5,059 nt of DNA, from positions 1 through 5,059 of the IMG/VR virus record IMGVR_UViG_3300045988_000356. One strand, written 5' to 3'. How positions within the stretch are numbered: the stretch's first letter is position 1; each line of letters opens with the position of its first letter. The notes under the pieces were generated by a model. It had not been told where the DNA came from. It made no database searches and was given only the letters and a program-made list of their open reading frames with translations. This DNA comes from a virus. Position numbers and translations under genes: made by a program. Shown here one piece after another: positions 1-4,737 of this stretch.

Positions 1-45
1 AAAAAAACTGGCCGTTTTTTCGGTTCTTGGAGGGACGCTAAATGA
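1..45 (+). CDS. 3' fragment of the 79-aa hydrophobic ORF (redundant copy of 4933..4977)
   Basis: Same sequence as the end of ORF 4738..4977 (...KKTGRFFGSWRDAK, stop TGA at 43..45). It is present here only because of the terminal redundancy. Confidence 0.6.
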   Translation, partial: KKTGRFFGSWRDAK

Positions 46-127
46 AACGTCGAAAATTATCTAAGCGTGGTTCTCGCCGTCTTTTTCGGCGCACCTCCAA
101 ATCTCGTCGGAGAAATTTCAAAAGAGT
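1..127. repeat. Terminal direct repeat copy 1 (identical to 4933..5059), the overlap of a circular genome
   Basis: Aligned by eye, positions 1..127 equal 4933..5059 with no mismatch. The repeat cuts through two ORFs, which are intact only when the sequence is circularised. Unit length is 4932 nt. Confidence 0.97.
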
Positions 128-152
128 AGGACGTGGTGGATTCAGGATTTGA
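42..152 (+). CDS. Small arginine-rich DNA-binding/packaging protein (gokushovirus VP8 / phiX174 J-like), 36 aa
   Basis: ATG at 42 and TGA at 150..152, hand-translated as MKRRKLSKRGSRRLFRRTSKSRRRNFKRVGRGGFRI. It has 13 R and 5 K in 36 residues and no D or E. SD GGAGG at 29..33 lies 8 nt upstream. The ATG overlaps the stop of the upstream ORF as ATGA. The C-terminal RGGFRI resembles the RGG-I/F-R-L/I ending I recall for gokushovirus small basic proteins. It is too short to appear in the supplied ORF track. Confidence 0.8.
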   Translation: MKRRKLSKRGSRRLFRRTSKSRRRNFKRVGRGGFRI

Positions 153-171
153 CATTCTGACTAAATCCTGA
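142..171 (+). other. Hairpin with a 9-bp perfect stem (142..150 tcaggattt / 163..171 aaatcctga) and a 12-nt loop
   Basis: The reverse complement of tcaggattt is aaatcctga. It spans the stop codon of the 36-aa ORF and the -35 element of the promoter candidate. A mutually exclusive 5-bp hairpin ctgat/atcag lies at 168..180. Confidence 0.5.
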
Positions 172-177
172 TACAAT
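149..177 (+). promoter_or_regulatory. Sigma70-type promoter candidate P1 upstream of VP4
   Basis: TTGACA at 149..154, a 17-nt spacer, then TGaTACAAT at 169..177 (extended -10 TGn plus a 5/6 -10 hexamer). The predicted start near 184 is just upstream of SD AGGTGA (184..189) and ATG 195. Confidence 0.7.
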
Positions 178-194
178 CAGTACAGGTGATAAGT

Positions 195-1106
195 ATGGTA
201 TGTTATAATCCTATTCTTATGTACCCGGTCGAAGGAGCAATCACGAAAAACGGAAAACAGCATTATAGTTTCTACGGCAGCCTTGCCTCCCACCCTGAGC
301 TTGCAGGCGATAGCCGTTTCATTCGCTGTTCTTGTAAGCAATGTATCGGCTGTCGGCTCGAAAACTCTCGTCAATGGGCTGTCAGAGCTGTTCACGAAGC
401 CCGTACTTCGTCTTCAGCTTACTTCGTTACCTGCACATTCGATGATTATCACTTGCCCCCCGATAGGAGTTTGAGCAAAAAATTTCATCAAACGTTCATG
501 AAAAATCTTCGTCGTGAGTATGGCAGTGGTATTCGCTTCCTCGGCTGTGGTGAATATGGTGAACTTCATGGTCGTCCCCATTATCATTACATATTGTTTA
601 ATATTCGTTTTACTGACAAAGTTCTTCGGTTCCGCGCAGACGGTTATAATACTTATACTTCTGCTCGCTTTGCGAAAATCTGGAAATACGGTATGCACCT
701 TATTGGTGAGTTCAGTTTCGACGCTGCTGCCTACGTTGCCCGTTACATAGTGAAGAAGCAGACCGGCAGTAAGGCTGCTGCTCACTATAAAGGTCTCACT
801 CCTGAGTTCATGGTTGCTTCCAATCGTCCCGGCATAGGCGGAAAATGGCTTGAAGAGCATGGTGAAGAGTGTTATGCTAATGATTATGTTGTCATTAACG
901 GGAAGAAGATGCGTCCTCCTCGTTACTATGATAATAAGTTCGATGAAACACATCCTCACTGGATGGAGTATATTCGCAATAACCGTGTTGAGAAGATGCT
1001 TCATAACTTGGAGAATAATACTTATGAGCGGCTTGTTGACCGCTGCCGCGTTCAGGAAAGCAAGTATAAGCATTTTCTTGGTAGAAAGCTTGACAAAGTA
1101 TTATGA
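195..1106 (+). CDS. VP4: Rolling-circle replication initiator protein VP4 (HUH endonuclease, phiX174 A-like)
   Basis: The HUH motif HYHYILF is encoded at 569..589. The two-tyrosine catalytic motif YVARYIVKK (YxxxY) is encoded at 732..758. Motif 1-like FVTCTFD and the N-terminal Cys cluster CSCKQCIGCR are also present. The track ORF begins at GTG 186, but I prefer ATG 195 (MVCYNPI...) because AGGTGA lies 5 nt upstream and the N-terminus looks like other VP4s. Stop is TGA at 1104..1106. Confidence 0.94.
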   Translation: MVCYNPILMYPVEGAITKNGKQHYSFYGSLASHPELAGDSRFIRCSCKQCIGCRLENSRQWAVRAVHEARTSSSAYFVTCTFDDYHLPPDRSLSKKFHQTFMKNLRREYGSGIRFLGCGEYGELHGRPHYHYILFNIRFTDKVLRFRADGYNTYTSARFAKIWKYGMHLIGEFSFDAAAYVARYIVKKQTGSKAAAHYKGLTPEFMVASNRPGIGGKWLEEHGEECYANDYVVINGKKMRPPRYYDNKFDETHPHWMEYIRNNRVEKMLHNLENNTYERLVDRCRVQESKYKHFLGRKLDKVL

Positions 1107-1118
1107 TTGTGTTATCAT
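1090..1118 (+). promoter_or_regulatory. Sigma70-type promoter candidate P2 inside the 3' end of VP4
   Basis: TTGACA at 1090..1095, a 17-nt spacer, then TGtTATCAT at 1110..1118 (extended -10 TGn plus a 5/6 hexamer). The predicted start near 1125 is directly upstream of the 80-aa ORF. Confidence 0.62.
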
Positions 1119-1136
1119 TAAGTCGGAAACGAGGTG

Positions 1137-1376
1137 ATGCTTATTACTGAACTTGAAGCTGTTAGTAATTTCTGTCGCGAGCGTAATATTTCTTTCGATT
1201 ACTCTTTTCGCGGGAGTAAATATGCCGCTTACCGATTGAAACCTGATGATTCCAGAGTTATTCGCCTTGATAATGACTATTATGTCATATCAGCTACGCT
1301 ATATCTCATGATTCGCAGGTATTTAGTCGCAATTAGAAAAGGAGATGGTTCCGCTGAGACTATATTCAATTTATGA
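1137..1376 (+). CDS. Hypothetical protein (about 79-80 aa), an orphan ORF between VP4 and VP5
   Basis: Open frame from GTG 1134 / ATG 1137 to TGA 1374..1376. Third codon positions are T/C-rich like the recognisable genes. It sits in its own slot with only a 32-nt overlap with VP5. I recognise no motif, and the SD (GAGG at 1131..1134) is too close to the ATG to be convincing. Confidence 0.55.
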   Translation: MLITELEAVSNFCRERNISFDYSFRGSKYAAYRLKPDDSRVIRLDNDYYVISATLYLMIRRYLVAIRKGDGSAETIFNL

Positions 1377-1635
1377 CTGCAAGGCTGAACAGTTCAGCCC
1401 TCCACAGGTCTACCACAATGACATGCTTGCGCTGCGAGCTTTCGAAGGTTTAGTGAATGATGATAAAACGCTCATTAACAGTTATCCTGAAGATTTCAGT
1501 CTTCATTATGTCGGTAACCTTGGCGATTCTGATGGCCGTTATTATATTGACAGTCCTGACGAATCCCGCGTTCCTGTACTGGTTGGTCGCGCCATAGATT
1601 ATGTGCAGGATATTGACAATGAGTCGATTAAATGA
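1345..1635 (+). CDS. VP5: Gokushovirus VP5-like non-structural protein (96 aa)
   Basis: The N-terminus LYSIYDCKAEQFSPPQVYHNDMLALRAF...PEDFSLHYVG matches the pattern I recall for VP5 (YS-x-YD-x-KAE-x-F, A-x-R-x-F, PEDF). Its position directly before VP3 fits. Stop is TGA at 1633..1635. GGAG abuts the ATG, so the start context is poor. Confidence 0.72.
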   Translation: MVPLRLYSIYDCKAEQFSPPQVYHNDMLALRAFEGLVNDDKTLINSYPEDFSLHYVGNLGDSDGRYYIDSPDESRVPVLVGRAIDYVQDIDNESIK

Positions 1636-1641
1636 TAATCT
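1613..1641 (+). promoter_or_regulatory. Sigma70-type promoter candidate P3 at the VP5 stop codon
   Basis: TTGACA at 1613..1618, a 17-nt spacer, then TGaTAATCT at 1633..1641. This is TGn plus a hexamer that keeps T-12, A-11 and T-7 but matches only 3/6 overall. The layout is the same as P1 and P2. Confidence 0.42.
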
Positions 1642-1658
1642 AATATAGAGCGTATCAG

Positions 1659-1694
1659 AAAAAGGACGGTCTCGAAAGAGATCGCCCTTTTTTT
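1659..1694 (+). terminator. Intrinsic-terminator-like hairpin after VP5
   Basis: Stem ggacggtctc (1664..1673) pairs with gagatcgccc (1678..1687): 10 positions with one G.T wobble and one A.C mismatch. The loop is a GAAA tetraloop. Seven T follow at 1688..1694, and the five A at 1659..1663 can extend the stem. Confidence 0.62.
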
Positions 1695-1742
1695 GTACGC
1701 TACGCCCGCCGCGTCTAGGCGCCTGCGAAAGGAGGTGAAACT

Positions 1743-2225
1743 ATGAAATTTAAAACTGCTTATGATCCAGTAGAAACCCATGACCACTGCGGCATTGAGT
1801 TCACTATGCCGTCTCTAACTGTACAGGACGAAAAGGACGAGACTGATATCAACTACATCGTTAATAAGTACGCAGACGGTCATAATGGTATTGCAACTCT
1901 CGATCTCGGCGATAGTTCGCAGTATGCTTTCCTTCAGTTCGGAGATGCAACGCTTCCCGGTGACTATAGCACGGCTCTCGAACTAGTGTCTGGAGTTCGT
2001 GAAGAATTCTACAGCCTGCCTGCTTATATTCGAGCTAAATTCGGTCATGATCCTATGAATTTCATCAATCAATTGAATAATCCTGAAACTCTCGATTATC
2101 TCCAACGAGAAGGTTTATATGGTAGCAATGAGTCTACCGTCGAACATCAATCGTTCGCTAGTACAGGAATTACACAAGAAAAAAGTAACACTTTAGAACA
2201 AAATAATGAAGAAACACCAAAATAG
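1743..2225 (+). CDS. VP3: Internal scaffolding protein VP3 (160 aa)
   Basis: SD AGGAGGTGA at 1730..1738 precedes ATG 1743. The motifs PSLTVQDEKDETDINYIVNKY and FYSLPAYIRAKFGHDPMNFINQL...REGL match the gokushovirus/Chlamydia-phage scaffold pattern I recall. The acidic, low-complexity C-terminus also fits. Stop is TAG at 2223..2225. Confidence 0.85.
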   Translation: MKFKTAYDPVETHDHCGIEFTMPSLTVQDEKDETDINYIVNKYADGHNGIATLDLGDSSQYAFLQFGDATLPGDYSTALELVSGVREEFYSLPAYIRAKFGHDPMNFINQLNNPETLDYLQREGLYGSNESTVEHQSFASTGITQEKSNTLEQNNEETPK

Positions 2226-2274
2226 GCGTCACCGAAGCCAGTTACATACTTGATGTAACTGGCGTAGGTGACGC
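2226..2274 (+). other. Long near-perfect stem-loop (8 bp + 3x3 internal loop + 11 bp, 5-nt loop), a candidate origin or structural element
   Basis: gcgtcacc (2226..2233) pairs with ggtgacgc (2267..2274), and gccagttacat (2237..2247) pairs with atgtaactggc (2253..2263). The internal gaa/gta can form G.A, A-T, A.G. The loop is acttg at 2248..2252. It starts immediately after the VP3 stop and is followed by an A-run, not a T-run. Confidence 0.75.
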
Positions 2275-2286
2275 AAAAATAAACTA

Positions 2287-2326
2287 AAACCTAAGAATGA
2301 TTTGCTTTAGGATAATTCTTGGGTTT
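2287..2326 (+). other. Second stem-loop in the VP3-VP1 intergenic region (12 bp with one G.T, 16-nt loop)
   Basis: aaacctaagaat (2287..2298) pairs with attcttgggttt (2315..2326). It is AT-rich and therefore weaker than the first hairpin. Confidence 0.45.
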
Positions 2327-2348
2327 ACACTTCGAAGAAGGTGAGAAA

Positions 2349-3977
2349 TTGGCTCGAAAAATTAGAGTTAGAGGTCATCGCTTCAGCGATGCTCCTGCAA
2401 TGTATATGCGGCGGTCTAAATTCGACCGCTCGCACGTGTATAAGACGACTTTCAACTCAGGTAAGCTTATACCTGTATTCGTCGACGAAGTATTGCCCGG
2501 CGATACTACTAGGATGTCTGTCAATTACTTCGCTCGACTGGCTACTCCCATTAAGCCCATTATGGATAACATCTATCTCGACTGGTTCTTCTTTTTCGTT
2601 CCAAACCGCCTAGTCTGGGACCACTGGCAGAATTTCTGTTTCGAGCAGGAAGACCCTGACGATAGTACTGATTATGTTATCCCTACTGTTACTGCTGCCA
2701 GTAACTCCGATAATAATTACGTAGGTTCGCTCTGGGACTATTTCGGCTTACCTGTCAATACTACCAATAACTTATCAGGCATCAACGCCCTTCCATTCCG
2801 CGCTGTCTATCTCATCTGGAACGAATGGTTCCGAGATGAAAATCTTCAGAAATCTATCAAGATCCAGAAAGGCGATACTAATGAAGTATTGGATTCTTCT
2901 CGCGCTTCTGATCAGCCTTCTTGGGTTTTCTCGTCCGGTACCAATATTGTTCCCGGCTTAGCCTGTCCACCTCGCGGTAAGCGTCATGATTACTTCACTT
3001 CGGCATTGCCTTGGACGCAGAAAGGCCCCGGCGTTGATATTGCATTAACTGGTAACGCCCCCATTATGGCCACAACTAATACTCAGCCTGCTCCTCATGC
3101 GCCTGGCATCTATGTCGCCCGTGACGGTGCTTCCAGTACTCAGTTCGCTGCCATGACTTGGGATAGCGCCCCTTCTAATGTGGTTTCAGGCTCTGTATAC
3201 GCTGATCTTTCTGATGTTTCCGCTATCACTATCAACGGCCTTCGCACTGCTTTTCAGATGCAGAAGTTCTACGAACGCCTTGCTCGCGGTGGTAGTCGGT
3301 ATACTGAAGTGCTTCGTTCTTTCTTCGGCGTCGTCTCTCCAGACGCCCGATTGCAACGTCCAGAGTTTCTAGGCTCGTTCACGAAGATGGTTAACGTCAA
3401 TCCAATAGCTCAGACTTCTGCAACTGACGACACCTCTCCTCAAGGCAATCTCTCCGCTTATGGCGTTACCGCGTCCAGATTCCATGGCTTCACCAAATCT
3501 TTCGTTGAGCATGGCTATATTATAGGTTTCGTCTGTGCCCGTGCCGACCTTACCTACCAGCAGGGCGTCAATAAGATGTGGCTTCGTTCTACGGTCTACG
3601 ATTTCTATTGGCCGACATTCGCGCATCTCGGCGAACAGGCTATTGAGCTTCGCGAGATTTATGCTCAAGGCACTGAAGCTGATACTACTGTTTTCGGTTA
3701 TCAGGAGCGCTATGCCGAGTATCGTTACAAACCTTCGCAGATTACGGGTAAATTCCGTAGCTCTGTAGCTAATGGTAATCTTGACGTCTGGCACTTGTCT
3801 CAATTCTTCAGCAGTGCTCCTACCCTGAACGAGGAATTCATTACGGAAAATCCACCCATTAAGCGCATTGTCGCCGTTCAGGATGAGCCTGAGTTCTTGC
3901 TCGATATAGGCTTCCGTTACACTACTGTTCGTCCTATGCCTATGTTCGGCACCCCCGGCCTTGTCGACCATTTCTAA
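2349..3977 (+). CDS. VP1: Major capsid protein VP1 (phiX174 F-like jelly-roll)
   Basis: Hallmark gokushovirus VP1 motifs are present: RSKFDRSHVYKTTFNSGKLIPVFVDEVLPGDT, FFFVPNRLVWDHW, HDYFTSALPWTQKG, INGLRTAFQMQKFYERLARGGSRYTEVLRSFFGV and RLQRPEFLG. The track ORF opens at TTG 2319. I favour TTG 2349 because AAGGTGA at 2337..2343 lies 5 nt upstream and it gives MARKIRVRGHRFSDAP..., a typical N-terminus. ATG 2400 has no SD and would remove the conserved RFS-x-x-P segment. Stop is TAA at 3975..3977. Confidence 0.96.
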   Translation: MARKIRVRGHRFSDAPAMYMRRSKFDRSHVYKTTFNSGKLIPVFVDEVLPGDTTRMSVNYFARLATPIKPIMDNIYLDWFFFFVPNRLVWDHWQNFCFEQEDPDDSTDYVIPTVTAASNSDNNYVGSLWDYFGLPVNTTNNLSGINALPFRAVYLIWNEWFRDENLQKSIKIQKGDTNEVLDSSRASDQPSWVFSSGTNIVPGLACPPRGKRHDYFTSALPWTQKGPGVDIALTGNAPIMATTNTQPAPHAPGIYVARDGASSTQFAAMTWDSAPSNVVSGSVYADLSDVSAITINGLRTAFQMQKFYERLARGGSRYTEVLRSFFGVVSPDARLQRPEFLGSFTKMVNVNPIAQTSATDDTSPQGNLSAYGVTASRFHGFTKSFVEHGYIIGFVCARADLTYQQGVNKMWLRSTVYDFYWPTFAHLGEQAIELREIYAQGTEADTTVFGYQERYAEYRYKPSQITGKFRSSVANGNLDVWHLSQFFSSAPTLNEEFITENPPIKRIVAVQDEPEFLLDIGFRYTTVRPMPMFGTPGLVDHF

Positions 3978-3989
3978 GGAGCTGATGCT

Positions 3990-4730
3990 ATGTCTTGGTT
4001 ATCTAATACTCTAGGCAATATAGCTGGTTCTATACTTGGCGGCTTAGGCTCGTCTGAAATTCAATCCAAGTATAACGAGGAAGGTATTCGCTTACAGAAC
4101 GAGCTTAACGTTGAAAATTATAAACATCGTTATCAATGGGCTGTTGATGATATGCGTGCCGCTGGTCTGAATCCCATTCTTGCCGCTACTAATGGCATAG
4201 GCGGTTCTATATCTGGAGCTTCAGCTGCTTCCGTCGGCATGAGTGATATCGGTTCTACCATGAACTCTGCCAGAGCCGCTGGTGCCGCTGAAAGGCAGGC
4301 GAAGAATGCCGAGCATCTAGCTATATCTCAGATTGATAAAAACGTCGCAGAAGCCGATTCTACGCGTCAGGCGACCCATGGTACAGTTCTTCAGAATGGT
4401 ATTCTCGCGAACGATTTAAATCTTCGCGAGCAGACCTATGAAAAACGTCTTGGTTACGAACTTGAAAAGATGAATCTTGAGCTTGAAAACCTTCGTCTTC
4501 AAGGTTCTTACCTCAATTCTGGTGTATTGAATAATATAGCCTCAGCTAATCGTGCTAATTCTGCCGCCGCTTTCGATAACATCCAAACTGAAATGGCAGG
4601 TATGGAACGTGATTTCTATAAGAACCTTGAAAGTCTTACAGGCGCTCCCAGATCTGTTGCTGGCGGTGTTGGTTCTGCCATTAAGAATGTTATAGGCTTC
4701 CTCGGAGGTCGCTATTTTGGAAGGAGATAA
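3990..4730 (+). CDS. VP2: Minor capsid / DNA pilot protein VP2 (246 aa)
   Basis: SD AAGGAG at 3976..3981 lies 8 nt before the ATG. The motif YQWAVDDMRAAGLNPILA (nt 4131..4184) is the conserved gokushovirus VP2 signature I recall. The ends are Gly-rich and the centre is heptad-like and charged (LREQTYEKRLGYELEKMNLELENLRLQ). Its position directly after VP1 fits. Stop is TAA at 4728..4730. Confidence 0.9.
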   Translation: MSWLSNTLGNIAGSILGGLGSSEIQSKYNEEGIRLQNELNVENYKHRYQWAVDDMRAAGLNPILAATNGIGGSISGASAASVGMSDIGSTMNSARAAGAAERQAKNAEHLAISQIDKNVAEADSTRQATHGTVLQNGILANDLNLREQTYEKRLGYELEKMNLELENLRLQGSYLNSGVLNNIASANRANSAAAFDNIQTEMAGMERDFYKNLESLTGAPRSVAGGVGSAIKNVIGFLGGRYFGRR

Positions 4731-4737
4731 TTTAATT

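Noticed and set aside
2-20. A/T hairpin aaaaaac-tggcc-gtttttt (also at 4934..4952) as a terminator
   Set aside because: The stem is 7 bp and almost purely A-T, so it is very weak. It also lies inside the 79-aa ORF just upstream of a translationally coupled gene.
1-127. Terminal repeats as biological LTR/DTR or mobile-element ends
   Set aside because: The repeat is direct, exact, and cuts through ORFs that are complete only on a circle. Microviruses have circular ssDNA genomes, so an assembly overlap is the simpler explanation.
185-212. Loose resemblance to a XerC/XerD dif site (GGTG...TATGTTATAAT versus E. coli dif GGTGCGCATAATGTATATTATGTTAAAT), relevant because some gokushoviruses lysogenise through dif
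   Set aside because: Ungapped alignment gives only scattered matches, the arm spacing is wrong, and the segment is the SD and first codons of VP4. I found no better dif-like sequence in the intergenic regions by eye. A proper dif PWM scan would be needed to exclude one.
283-750. +1-frame ORFs inside VP4 (283..474, 514..750) and inside VP1 (2341..2613, 3178..3372, 3535..3768)
   Set aside because: All are in the same +1 register relative to the host gene. In that register the T/C-rich third codon position becomes the second position, which automatically gives hydrophobic, stop-poor reading. None has a convincing SD or a notable junction with neighbouring genes.
414-1073. 219-aa minus-strand ORF antisense to VP4, plus other minus-strand ORFs at 177..395, 1599..1787, 3369..3971 and 4542..4850
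   Set aside because: Microviridae transcribe one strand only. These ORFs lie fully antisense to well-supported genes or span structured intergenic DNA. Their translations are low-complexity (Ile, Leu, Thr, Asn-rich) with no motif and no SD. Long antisense frames are expected where the sense codon usage avoids TTA, CTA and TCA.
1547-1566. Fourth TTGACA (1547..1552), and a 20-nt stretch ttgacagtcctgacgaatcc resembling the P1 region ttgacattctgactaaatcc (149..168)
   Set aside because: There is no acceptable -10 element or TGn at 15-19 nt spacing. The similarity needs an indel pair, lies in VP5 coding sequence (IDSPDES), and is not clearly beyond chance.
2297-2344. 15-codon upstream ORF (MICFRIILGFTLRRR) ending inside the VP1 Shine-Dalgarno
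   Set aside because: It has no SD of its own and overlaps the AT-rich hairpin. ORFs of this size occur by chance, so there is no support for a leader-peptide role.
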